IMG/VR virus record: IMGVR_UViG_3300010340_000454 | Span: 50,430 to 114,429 of that record | DNA length: 64,000 nt | Direction: 5' to 3' (one strand) | Source of the DNA: a virus | Taxonomy: Duplodnaviria > Caudoviricetes | Part shown: in pieces, positions 28,782-37,937 of the stretch | Numbering within the stretch: the first letter of the stretch is position 1 | How the letters are laid out: each line of letters opens with the position of its first letter | The notes under the pieces: generated by a model | Seen by the model: only the letters and a program-made list of their open reading frames with translations | Told to the model about the DNA's origin: nothing | Databases searched by the model: none | Position numbers and translations under genes: made by a program

Positions 28782-29549
28782 ATGCAAAATGATTTTAAAA
28801 TACCTATTATTCACGTAGACCCTCCTCAGTATAGGTGTCAGGATAAAAAAATCCTAGAAGAAGTCAGGTGCGCTCCAATCAACCCAAACGCTTTGCCTAT
28901 TCTTCATATAACTCGAGGCTTTGAAGATGAAGGCTCCTTAATAGGGCAACCTCAGGCTCGTATCATAATAGGAGGATGTGCGGTAGGCCGTAAAGACTGC
29001 CAACCACAGAGTGATATAGGGGCCGCTGCGTCTAAAGTAATGAGCATTGCCGAAATTATAGTAGAGCTTTATAAGATAGGCGCAGACAAAATTAAGACAG
29101 TAGTTATCTCTGAAGGCGATTCACCGCAGTACCGTACACAAACTGCTGCATTATCAAACGCCCTAAAAGATAATGGGTGGAATACCCATCTGGAAACCTC
29201 AGGATTTCTTATAGACACCAAGTACTATAATTGGTTTAACTACATATCTATAGCAATTAAGACTACGTATTCCACAGCACCGTCCGACAACAAGCATATT
29301 AGAAAAATTATTGAATACTCTATGCTAACACCTCAACCCCACCAAATTAAGGCTAGGGTATCCTGCGTAGAGGACCTTCAGTGGATAGAGGAAAAGTTTA
29401 GACCTCTTCTATTGCAAAAAGAACGCCCACTAATCATTACTACACAAACAGAAGATACTACCGCTTTTGACTTAGTACAAGATTGGATTAGACCGGAGTA
29501 CAACGTAAGAGTTATTGCCTCACAACACGTTATATTAAAACAACGGTGA
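28782..29549 (+). CDS. queE: QueE-like radical SAM fold protein, catalytically degenerate
   Basis: EDEG..IG.P...I.GGC, LETSG and RV..SQH.IL layout of QueE; CxxxCxxC reads CAVGRKDC. Confidence 0.75.
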   Translation: MQNDFKIPIIHVDPPQYRCQDKKILEEVRCAPINPNALPILHITRGFEDEGSLIGQPQARIIIGGCAVGRKDCQPQSDIGAAASKVMSIAEIIVELYKIGADKIKTVVISEGDSPQYRTQTAALSNALKDNGWNTHLETSGFLIDTKYYNWFNYISIAIKTTYSTAPSDNKHIRKIIEYSMLTPQPHQIKARVSCVEDLQWIEEKFRPLLLQKERPLIITTQTEDTTAFDLVQDWIRPEYNVRVIASQHVILKQR

Positions 29550-29552
29550 CTT

Positions 29553-30362
29553 ATGTTTGGAGTATTGGTGCTTTATAATTCAACAAAAAATAGTAACAAC
29601 CTAACTGAAATATGTAAGGGTTTGTGCAAAGACCAAAAGGTAACATACGCTACCGCGAATGACCTACATATAGAGGTGGACCCTGATACATTAAACCTAC
29701 AGACAGGGGATTTTTTCCTGTCGAGTTCAGATCAAGCCTGTAGCGTACCCATCCCTTCGAAAGGAAGCGCTGCCGTATCTTGGTTCAACGGGTTCGTTAC
29801 TCAGCCTAGTAAGGAAGAGCTAGACGCATTTACCGGAATCAGTGACGATACCTGTAGTAGCGACGGGTACTATCCAGCAAAACTTTTGGTTAAGTTAAAC
29901 AGCTACAAGCACCCGCATAGTCAAGATTTAGAAATGAATTATACTAAGTTAGTACATTCTAGAGTGACGTGCCTAATTGAGGGAATGTTTTCTTTTTGTT
30001 TAGCCTATCTGACCAAGAGTAGTAGGTCTAGGGTAGTGCTAGCTGCGAAAGATAAAGACCTATATATTACTCTGGCGTATTCCACAGACTTCTACGCTTT
30101 GGTTTGGTCCGATGACGTAAGCACAAGCAGCAGATTTAGAGACGCTGACTGCTACATTTATGGGCTAACGCCACTATCAAATAACGGAACTCTAGTATTA
30201 CATCCAAAGTTTTTAACTTCAAAGTGGAGAAAGTGGAGGTCCCCTTCTCAGGAAGGAAATAAAGCCCCGAACGCTTTGAGGGCTGTATCCATATTGGAGT
30301 CCTACCTAAAAAGAAATACGGTAGACTTCTGTGCGGATAAGTACGATTGTACAATTATTTAG
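29553..30362 (+). CDS. Class II (Ntn) glutamine amidotransferase-like protein lacking the N-terminal Cys
   Basis: MFGV instead of MCGI; WFNG, IEGMFSF and LAAKDKDLY match the HNG / GMFAF / ARD..PLY layout. Confidence 0.55.
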   Translation: MFGVLVLYNSTKNSNNLTEICKGLCKDQKVTYATANDLHIEVDPDTLNLQTGDFFLSSSDQACSVPIPSKGSAAVSWFNGFVTQPSKEELDAFTGISDDTCSSDGYYPAKLLVKLNSYKHPHSQDLEMNYTKLVHSRVTCLIEGMFSFCLAYLTKSSRSRVVLAAKDKDLYITLAYSTDFYALVWSDDVSTSSRFRDADCYIYGLTPLSNNGTLVLHPKFLTSKWRKWRSPSQEGNKAPNALRAVSILESYLKRNTVDFCADKYDCTII

Positions 30363-30385
30363 TAAACTCCAAGGAGTAAGTCAAA

Positions 30386-31471
30386 ATGAAAGTAAAAGTA
30401 ACTACAGAAAGTTTTATTAACGCCTTAAAGGACGTGCAAAAAGTAGCGCCTTCGGAAACAATAAATATAACGGCGTCTAGCAAAGCGTTAACCCTGTCCT
30501 CATCCTCAACAGGTGCCTCTATTTGTGTTATTGTATCCGGGGCTAAAGTGGAGTCTAAAGGCTACTGCGCGGTGCCTGTCGCTACTTTAGAAGGTGTCCT
30601 TAAGAAGCGTAAAGACGTAGTATTCGAGTTGCATAAGGATGAGCTTCAATTCAAAGCAGGCTCTGCTACTAGCTACGCAGGTAAGCTAACGACAGTTCCT
30701 TACCAAGAAATTAAAATAGAAAAAGAAGAATCCATATTAAAGCTAGACGAAGAAACTTTGTCCAAGCTTTCTGAAATTATTTCCAACGTAGCCTTAAATT
30801 CAGTCAACTTAAAGAAGCAGGATATCCTACCTATCTGTGTTCGCCTGTCGGATGAAGGTATTGAAGCCTCGTGCGCGTCACGCAATCACATGGCTTACGC
30901 ACATTTCCATAAGAAAACATTTAAGAAGACTAACGAATTTTGTGTAGAACCCTCAATCCTGCCTCTTATTGAATCGGTAAGCCGCAAATCCGCCTACAAG
31001 TTAGCGGTGACCGACAATTCTGTTTTCGCGGAAAGCGACACCTTTCAGATTAGATTCGTAACCCAACAGTTAGACCGCTTTGTAAAATTACAAACAGTAA
31101 AAGACTTCCTTAAGAATCGCCCTAAGGCCGAGGCAACCATTAAAGCTAAATCCGAGGACGTAGTAGCAAGCTTTCAGAATATGTTGTCTCTATACGAGCA
31201 GAATAGTTTTATTGAGGTCACTTGCAAAGATAACACACTGAAAGTAGCTACTAAAACCAAGTTTGGAGCCGCCTCAGAAAATCTTAAAGGGGAAGCAAAA
31301 GGCGGCTTTAAAAAGCCTTACGGAGTGCATCCTAAAGTATTTGATGATCTGCTAGTAAAGTGTAAGGCAAACACGATAAAAATAGGATTTCACGATGGGA
31401 CCTCTATCTCTATAGACCAGTCCAAATCAGACGTAGATTACTCCTACTCCTGTTCTACCACAAAACTATAA
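30386..31471 (+). CDS. DNA sliding clamp, bacterial beta (DnaN)-like
   Basis: 361 aa; MK.KV....F..AL..V start; three-domain alpha/beta repeat pattern; replication context. Confidence 0.6.
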   Translation: MKVKVTTESFINALKDVQKVAPSETINITASSKALTLSSSSTGASICVIVSGAKVESKGYCAVPVATLEGVLKKRKDVVFELHKDELQFKAGSATSYAGKLTTVPYQEIKIEKEESILKLDEETLSKLSEIISNVALNSVNLKKQDILPICVRLSDEGIEASCASRNHMAYAHFHKKTFKKTNEFCVEPSILPLIESVSRKSAYKLAVTDNSVFAESDTFQIRFVTQQLDRFVKLQTVKDFLKNRPKAEATIKAKSEDVVASFQNMLSLYEQNSFIEVTCKDNTLKVATKTKFGAASENLKGEAKGGFKKPYGVHPKVFDDLLVKCKANTIKIGFHDGTSISIDQSKSDVDYSYSCSTTKL

Positions 31472-31911
31472 TGAAGCTACATAATAAGGTGTTTTCCCTA
31501 CCTGAGCTATACATTACTGAAACCTTCCAACGCATGTTAATAGATAAAAAACAATGCGTGTTATATACCAAAAAAGATTTATCTATGCACGCTAGTCTAG
31601 TACTAAACTATATGGAACATATCACAATACCTTTTCTTAGCGTTTATGAAATAAATGCTGAATGCGTCGACGGCATAACGGTAGGCTACCTATTCGAGGT
31701 TCACTCGAAAAAAATATCACATAGCTACAATTTTTTTGCAGTTACAAGCCTAAAAAAGTCCGAGCTTAGCCTGACTGAAATGAAGAAAGCGAAGATAGCT
31801 TTAGACCTTAGATTTAAAATAAAAGGGTTAAAGCTTTATGCCTTGGATGCCACAGGAGTATTAGTTACGTGTGGCTTTAATGAAGACTTAAAGGAAATTT
31901 TGGAGTTCTAA
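31471..31911 (+). CDS. Hypothetical protein
   Basis: Coupled ORF. Confidence 0.55.
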   Translation: MKLHNKVFSLPELYITETFQRMLIDKKQCVLYTKKDLSMHASLVLNYMEHITIPFLSVYEINAECVDGITVGYLFEVHSKKISHSYNFFAVTSLKKSELSLTEMKKAKIALDLRFKIKGLKLYALDATGVLVTCGFNEDLKEILEF

Positions 31912-32601
31912 ATGTCTGCAAAAAATGTAGCGAAGAAAGCAGCTTCTAAGGCTAAGCCTGCAAAGATAGGGCTCTCCGAGCTGGAGAGTGCCTACAAGGT
32001 CATTGTAGATTATTTACAATCGAATACGTCCGAGTATGACAACAAAAACAATCTGAATGGAACTCCTAACCTAGCAGCTAAGTCTCTTATGGAAAGGGCC
32101 AAAAGTGATTTAGAAATTTCTAAGGAGCTTCGGCAATCCCTACAAAACCTTCAGTACATCGCCAGAGACACAGGCGAGGCAGACGTTGTGGTTCATGGGC
32201 CTATTGAGCTACATAGTATATGTCCTAGTCACTTGATGCCTACTTCATACGAAGCTTACGTATCGTATGTGCCGAATCCGCAGGACGGTTACGTTGTTGC
32301 CACACCTAGCCTATATCAGGCGGTCGCGGCCCTAGGCAGACGCGCCGTTATACATGCCAAGCTTGCCTCAGATATTGTAGACGTTCTATGTAAGCCAGCT
32401 AAACCCAATTTCCCTTCTATAGAAACTGCTGGTGCTGCTGCACTATTGTTAAGCACATCACCGTGTGTTGCATGTAATAAGGAAATGTCTGAGGTGACTT
32501 CACTAACTTATGTGTTTAGAGGCGTATTTAAAAATAAAGATATGGAAGCCAAGTTCTATCAGGCTATCAATAACATCCAAACATCGAGGCCGAAGCGTTG
32601 A
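31912..32601 (+). CDS. folE: GTP cyclohydrolase I (FolE)-like protein, catalytically degenerate
   Basis: L.GTP..AAK, I.LHSICPSHLMP, AYVSYVP, RR.....LA.DI and RGVF layout of FolE. Confidence 0.8.
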   Translation: MSAKNVAKKAASKAKPAKIGLSELESAYKVIVDYLQSNTSEYDNKNNLNGTPNLAAKSLMERAKSDLEISKELRQSLQNLQYIARDTGEADVVVHGPIELHSICPSHLMPTSYEAYVSYVPNPQDGYVVATPSLYQAVAALGRRAVIHAKLASDIVDVLCKPAKPNFPSIETAGAAALLLSTSPCVACNKEMSEVTSLTYVFRGVFKNKDMEAKFYQAINNIQTSRPKR

Positions 32602-32873
32602 AAAAATCGACTGCCCAAGACCTGTTACCTTTGATTGAAAAAATTCAACACCTATTAAACAAAGACGCCTTTAAGGAAATTGAATCTCTGCTACTAGAAA
32701 AAACAGAAAACATAGGAAGCCTAACCTTAGAGGAAATACTTACTTACCTGCGTTGTACTTTTTCCAAACGTCACTACTACTCAGAAGCTTGGGAGATTTT
32801 TAAGGAAGCAGCCATTGACGAAGTGCAACAGTCTAATATAAACCCAAGCGATATATTTATAGGTTTACTGTAA
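32598..32873 (+). CDS. Hypothetical protein
   Basis: Coupled ORF with TTG start. Confidence 0.5.
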   Translation: MKKSTAQDLLPLIEKIQHLLNKDAFKEIESLLLEKTENIGSLTLEEILTYLRCTFSKRHYYSEAWEIFKEAAIDEVQQSNINPSDIFIGLL

Positions 32874-32894
32874 AGTGAGCTAGAGGTAATAATT

Positions 32895-33428
32895 ATGGGA
32901 ATGTCGCAAGTAAAGCGGGTCTTGAAGAAAGACCCAGCCTTCCTCAAGTTTAAGGAAGTTGCGGAGTATTGCAAAACCGTAGCAGAGTTCGACAACCTAG
33001 TTAAAGAAATGGAAAACATGCACCAGGCTAGGAAGTCTAGAGCGCTGTATCTAGGAAAGCCTAAGCTAAAAACACTTATGGATGCCTCTCTGCAAGGTAC
33101 CGCATTCCGCTCGCGCTGCGTGGAAATTATGATTAACGTAATGAAGGCACAACGCACAATGGAGGCCGCTATCGACCGTATAGAAGCCCACATAATGGCA
33201 AGCTACAAGGACGAACTCGGCGTAAAGTCTCAGGCAGATAGAAAAACCGTTATCAAGGCGCTGCTACAGAAAGAGTATTACAGGTTAGCAGACTACAACC
33301 GAATAATTGAAATGGCGCAGGCCTTGATACATGACCTAGACCAATGGATGTGGACGGCGAAACATACTCTAGACGCATTAAATATCCTGTACACAAGGGA
33401 AAGCATATTAGGACAAAAGAAATTGTGA
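32895..33428 (+). CDS. Hypothetical helical protein
   Basis: GAGG RBS; coiled-coil-like; replication block. Confidence 0.6.
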   Translation: MGMSQVKRVLKKDPAFLKFKEVAEYCKTVAEFDNLVKEMENMHQARKSRALYLGKPKLKTLMDASLQGTAFRSRCVEIMINVMKAQRTMEAAIDRIEAHIMASYKDELGVKSQADRKTVIKALLQKEYYRLADYNRIIEMAQALIHDLDQWMWTAKHTLDALNILYTRESILGQKKL

Positions 33429-33435
33429 GGTCACA

Positions 33436-33696
33436 ATGAGGCTGACTTATGTGGTAGCAGAGTCCGACGAACAATTTAATTGCTTCAAAGACTCAAAAAA
33501 GTATAGAGATAAAGGCTGCTGTATACGGCTTACCGACAGTTGCCAGATACGAGGCCAGTCCTCGCCTGAAGTTGTGGTTTTGTCTAAAGACGTTCCAAAT
33601 TACGTAGAGATAGAAAGGGTTGTCAAGCTAACAAAAATAAGTAAGAATGAACACCACCTCCCTCTCGAAATCCTGCCAAAAGAATTGTACCTGTAA
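33436..33696 (+). CDS. Hypothetical protein
   Basis: GAGG RBS. Confidence 0.5.
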   Translation: MRLTYVVAESDEQFNCFKDSKKYRDKGCCIRLTDSCQIRGQSSPEVVVLSKDVPNYVEIERVVKLTKISKNEHHLPLEILPKELYL

Positions 33697-33728
33697 TTTC
33701 CTCGCACCCAAATCTTCTAGGACGTACC

Positions 33729-35315
33729 ATGCTAAAAGCTTACATAAAAGACAGAATTTATCTGCCTATTAAAGCAGTAGACCTAGACAAACTTAGAGAC
33801 CAGTACGTAGTTAAGCAATACCAAGAAGACAGGTGTGCAAAATGCCCCTTCCTACAGGACCGACACTCCGATACTTGCGATGACTGCCCTGCCTACTTAG
33901 GTGAGTTCCAGCTTTTTAATGAAAAGCAGCACAACGGAAAGGGATATGTAGGTCTCTCTATTGGTCAAACCAAGAAGTTTAAAAAAGTTCTTAAAGTAGA
34001 TAAAGACGAAATACGGTTCAAAGACTCTAGAACGGCTACAAAGTTTAAGCATAAGATTAAGTTTACAGGCACTTTATACGATTACCAGAAGCCCGCGATC
34101 AAGCGCATGGTCGAGAAAGGCTACGGCGTCTTACAAGCACCGCCTCGCAGCGGTAAAACCGTTATGTTTACCGACATAATGTGCGAGCTTGGTGTAAAGA
34201 CGCTAATCATTGCGAACCAATACGACTATCTAGAACAATTCTATGAAACCATGTGTGGGTCGGACACACAGAAGCCTCTAACCAACATCCCAGATATTGA
34301 GGCAGATACTAGACGGAAAATTTGCGGTATCTGCAATTCAGTTGAAGACTTTGAAAAGTATGACGTTTGTTTAGCAACGTACCAGCAGTTTATTAACGAT
34401 AAGAAAGGCAAGAAGCGCCTTAAGCAAATCAAAAAATTGTTCGGCCTAGTTCTAATAGACGAATGCGACCTAACACCGGCTGAAGCCTACTCTCGCGTTA
34501 TAAATCAGTTCCAATCCAAATATAGAATGGGTTGCACAGGTACAACAGACCGCAAAGACGGCCGCTACTTCCTAGTAGACCACTTGCTTGGTCCTACGAT
34601 GTATACAGTAGAAGTCGAGACCTTGACGCCTCGCGTGGAGTTCATAGAAACAGGAACCGTTATTTCGCATGATTACAAGGTGCTTGCATACGCCTATCGC
34701 GCACTCGCTAATGATACAAAGAGGCATGATTTAATCTTAGACTGGATTGAACACGATATTAAGAATGGACGTTCTATCGTTATTCCTGTAGCAACCGTAG
34801 ATCAGTGTAAACGAATAGTTGCAGACATTAACTCAAGATTCGGAAAAGAGATTGCCTGTGCATTCACACAAGCTACCGCTAAGAAAAAAGAAAACCGCAA
34901 AAACATTATCCTTAAAGCCAGAAAAGGCAAGTACAAGCTAATTGTTGGCATACGTAAAATGGTGCAACGCGGCATCAATGTACCTGCTTGGGATACACTG
35001 TACGAGATAACTCCTATCAGCAACTCACCAAATTTCCGTCAGGAAACCTCGCGTATTCTAACGCCGCTTGAAGGTAAGCCTCAGCCTATAATACGCTTCT
35101 TCCTAGACGACTTCGGGCTTTCTCGCGGCTGCCTACGAACTTGCCTGTATAATGATGGCATCTTAGCTATGAAGTTTAAAGTAAGCAAAGAAAACTGGGA
35201 TAGGGCCCGTCGTTATACTCCACCTAAGGGTAGGGTCGTAGACATTGCCAAGATGACTCCAGATGGCGCAGTAAAGATAAAGAAGAGAACCAAACAAAAA
35301 ATTGGGAAACTATAA
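33729..35315 (+). CDS. SF2 DNA helicase (UvsW/XPB-like) with N-terminal Cys cluster
   Basis: LYDYQ, APPRSGKT, LIDECD, GCTGT and RGINVP motifs. Confidence 0.88.
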   Translation: MLKAYIKDRIYLPIKAVDLDKLRDQYVVKQYQEDRCAKCPFLQDRHSDTCDDCPAYLGEFQLFNEKQHNGKGYVGLSIGQTKKFKKVLKVDKDEIRFKDSRTATKFKHKIKFTGTLYDYQKPAIKRMVEKGYGVLQAPPRSGKTVMFTDIMCELGVKTLIIANQYDYLEQFYETMCGSDTQKPLTNIPDIEADTRRKICGICNSVEDFEKYDVCLATYQQFINDKKGKKRLKQIKKLFGLVLIDECDLTPAEAYSRVINQFQSKYRMGCTGTTDRKDGRYFLVDHLLGPTMYTVEVETLTPRVEFIETGTVISHDYKVLAYAYRALANDTKRHDLILDWIEHDIKNGRSIVIPVATVDQCKRIVADINSRFGKEIACAFTQATAKKKENRKNIILKARKGKYKLIVGIRKMVQRGINVPAWDTLYEITPISNSPNFRQETSRILTPLEGKPQPIIRFFLDDFGLSRGCLRTCLYNDGILAMKFKVSKENWDRARRYTPPKGRVVDIAKMTPDGAVKIKKRTKQKIGKL

Positions 35316-35316
35316 A

Positions 35317-35979
35317 ATGGCACGCGATAGTCTAAAAATATGTTTAGATAAGCGTAATACAATAGCTACTAAGCAAATGGTAACCAGAGGACTTCCTAAG
35401 TCTATTCTATCGTACCCTTCTTTCCGCCTTGAGGACAAAGCTGCCTCTTTCGTTTCTAAGGTAGAAGGTCTCCGAGAGAAGCGTATTGAGAAAGGTAAGC
35501 AAGTAGACAGCATAAAGAAAATGATAGAAGACCCTTTCTTAGGGCCTTATGTCGCCTGCATTAGTGGTTCTCCACATGATGTTAACGCTAAACTGCTAGG
35601 CGCGTACATAATGATGCAAGCTGTAATAATGCAGATGAATAAGGAAGAACTTCCTAAAAAACAGCAGAAGAGGCTTAAAGATAAAAGTTTTCCTATCTGG
35701 CACAACCTGTATGGCGGGTTCGACAATCCGTTAGTGACTAAAGACAACAACTCTATCCATAAGCCTAGCCTGATTATTATTTCTAACGTAACAATTGATA
35801 GTACAGGCCCTAAGATAGAAAAGCTTCGTGACATTCTGGAAGCTTATTCCTCAGTACCTAGAATTGTGATTGCATCTGGCACTGACCCTTTAACGCTGTT
35901 TCATTCCAGACTATATAGCAACCTGAATTTTTGCTGCCACTTAGGCTCATCTTTGACCAAGAAATCCCACGTGTTGTAA
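35317..35979 (+). CDS. Hypothetical protein, possible degenerate helicase loader
   Basis: Directly upstream of DnaB; P-loop-like topology without GKT; ATG 35317 preferred over TTG 35302. Confidence 0.4.
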   Translation: MARDSLKICLDKRNTIATKQMVTRGLPKSILSYPSFRLEDKAASFVSKVEGLREKRIEKGKQVDSIKKMIEDPFLGPYVACISGSPHDVNAKLLGAYIMMQAVIMQMNKEELPKKQQKRLKDKSFPIWHNLYGGFDNPLVTKDNNSIHKPSLIIISNVTIDSTGPKIEKLRDILEAYSSVPRIVIASGTDPLTLFHSRLYSNLNFCCHLGSSLTKKSHVL

Positions 35980-35992
35980 ACGAGGAAATCAA

Positions 35993-37336
35993 GTGAAATT
36001 GCATAACGCGGACCTTGAGCTATCAGTTCTCTACTCCATCTGTGAGAGCGATTCTAAGGTAAAGGCTAAACTTCTTGCTAACACAGGCCCTAAGTATTTC
36101 TTTAATGACCACACCAATGAAGCTGTCAAACGCATTATGGCTTTGGTTAAGGTATCCGATGAAATACCTTCATTCTCCGAACTGACTAGCGATCCAGTAC
36201 TATCTGAAACGACTAGAAAAAAGCTGAAGAAGTACAAAGGAGAACCTATCACTGAGAAAAAATTCCGTAGACGCTTAGGCCAGCTTCAGCAGTATTATCA
36301 AGTTAGGGAACTGTACTTCCTAAGCGAAGGCCTAAACAAGGCGTTACAACAGGAAAAAGTAGACGTACCTGATCTTCTAGAACAAACTGCGGATAAGCTA
36401 ACCAATGCCCGAGTTCGCAGGGACCTGAAGCAAGAGATACACCACATCGGCAAGTCTAATAACTCTGCGGATATTGTTAAGCGCCTCTTATCCAAAGAGA
36501 AGCCTAACTTGGTTCCGACAGGGTTTTCTCCATTTGATAACGTTAATGGCGGAATCGCGTATGGTGGTCTGTTTGGCTTAGGTGGTCCTGCTGGTGGTGG
36601 TAAGACGTCCTTAGCAATTCAGTTAGCTATGAACATGAGTGAGCTAGGGCGCGAGGACGTAGCTTATGTACCACTAGAAATGGATGAAGATGAAACCATG
36701 GAACGCATCCTGGCTAACAAGTCAGGAGTTAAGTTGAACCGAATTAAACAACGTATTACCACAGAAAAAGAAGACAAGATTATTAAACGCGCCTATAAAA
36801 AGCACGTTAAAGGTTTGAAGGAAGATAAGACACGTTTCACCATATTCTCCCCATCCGAGGATATGACTATTGAGGAAATACTTCTAACGCTAAAGCCGTA
36901 CGGGCACCGGGTAATTATCATTGACTACCTTACACTTTTGAAAGGCGTAGACAGCGACGCAGGCGGGGAAAAGCAATGGCAGAAGTTGTCTCAAGTAGGC
37001 CGCTATTGCAAGATTTGGGCAAAAGCAAATAAGACTGTAGTAATTCTCCTAGCGCAGGTTAATGACGAAGGTGCTTTACGCTATTCTCAGGCCTTGAAAG
37101 AACACGCCAATAATCTATGGGTGTGGCCTGCTAATAAGGAAACGCGAGAGAACAAAGTTATGCGTATCTCTCAGATTAAAGCACGTAACCAGTCCTTGTT
37201 TGATTTTGAGCTTGGTTATGATGATGAGTTGTTCCAAGTATTCGACGTTAATAAAGCACCGGATTCCAAAGAAGAAGAGGAAACTTCAGGCAAGCCTGCG
37301 GAAGATGAGTACCTTGCTAGCGTAGACGAGGACTGA
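35993..37336 (+). CDS. dnaB: Replicative DNA helicase (DnaB-like)
   Basis: VPTGF..FD...GG, GPAGGGKT, LEM, IIIDYL, LAQVN and KARN motifs. Confidence 0.92.
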   Translation: MKLHNADLELSVLYSICESDSKVKAKLLANTGPKYFFNDHTNEAVKRIMALVKVSDEIPSFSELTSDPVLSETTRKKLKKYKGEPITEKKFRRRLGQLQQYYQVRELYFLSEGLNKALQQEKVDVPDLLEQTADKLTNARVRRDLKQEIHHIGKSNNSADIVKRLLSKEKPNLVPTGFSPFDNVNGGIAYGGLFGLGGPAGGGKTSLAIQLAMNMSELGREDVAYVPLEMDEDETMERILANKSGVKLNRIKQRITTEKEDKIIKRAYKKHVKGLKEDKTRFTIFSPSEDMTIEEILLTLKPYGHRVIIIDYLTLLKGVDSDAGGEKQWQKLSQVGRYCKIWAKANKTVVILLAQVNDEGALRYSQALKEHANNLWVWPANKETRENKVMRISQIKARNQSLFDFELGYDDELFQVFDVNKAPDSKEEEETSGKPAEDEYLASVDED

Positions 37337-37337
37337 T

Positions 37338-37937
37338 ATGGAAAACCCTTTCGGTAATTTAGCTCCTATTATACCTGCTATTATAGACATAGACCCTGAA
37401 AACTTCGACACCAAAGTGTTCGCTACTAACAAAAAGAAGAAGACTAAGGAAATTTATGACCCCGCTAAGCCGAAATCCCGGTTTTTCTCTGACAAGAGAG
37501 GCTCTCGCTTTTTAGAGATTAAGGCCCGCAGAAAAACCTTACGAGAACTTAGGCAGGAGTGGGAAGCCACTATTCGTCCTAAGGATGAAATTATTGAGGA
37601 AAAGGTAGAAGTCAAAGTATCTAAAAAAGAAAAAGCAGACTTTTTGGAGGCTCTTCATAAGAACACTGACAGCCTACACCAATTCTTTCTAAAAGAAATT
37701 CTGCCTGTATACACCGCTATTGACCCTGCATTACGCCAAACCGTAGAGTCGGCTTCACACATCGTAGGAGATGATGCGGATTTATACCTTAGCGACGACC
37801 TACTAAATATGATTGACGACGCTATTAACCTTAAAGTATTCCATTTCATTTGTGATAAGCTCTTTGTGGACGAAAAAACCAAGAAGCTAATACAGTCCCG
37901 GTACTTTACTCCTGTTGAACGGAAGCCTAAAAAATGA
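37338..37937 (+). CDS. Hypothetical protein
   Basis: ORF between DnaB and the terminase. Confidence 0.55.
   Translation: MENPFGNLAPIIPAIIDIDPENFDTKVFATNKKKKTKEIYDPAKPKSRFFSDKRGSRFLEIKARRKTLRELRQEWEATIRPKDEIIEEKVEVKVSKKEKADFLEALHKNTDSLHQFFLKEILPVYTAIDPALRQTVESASHIVGDDADLYLSDDLLNMIDDAINLKVFHFICDKLFVDEKTKKLIQSRYFTPVERKPKK

Noticed and set aside
28782-32601. Functional 7-deazaguanine DNA modification cluster
   Set aside because: Catalytic motifs are altered and queC, queD and dpdA are not visible; active copies elsewhere in the genome cannot be excluded
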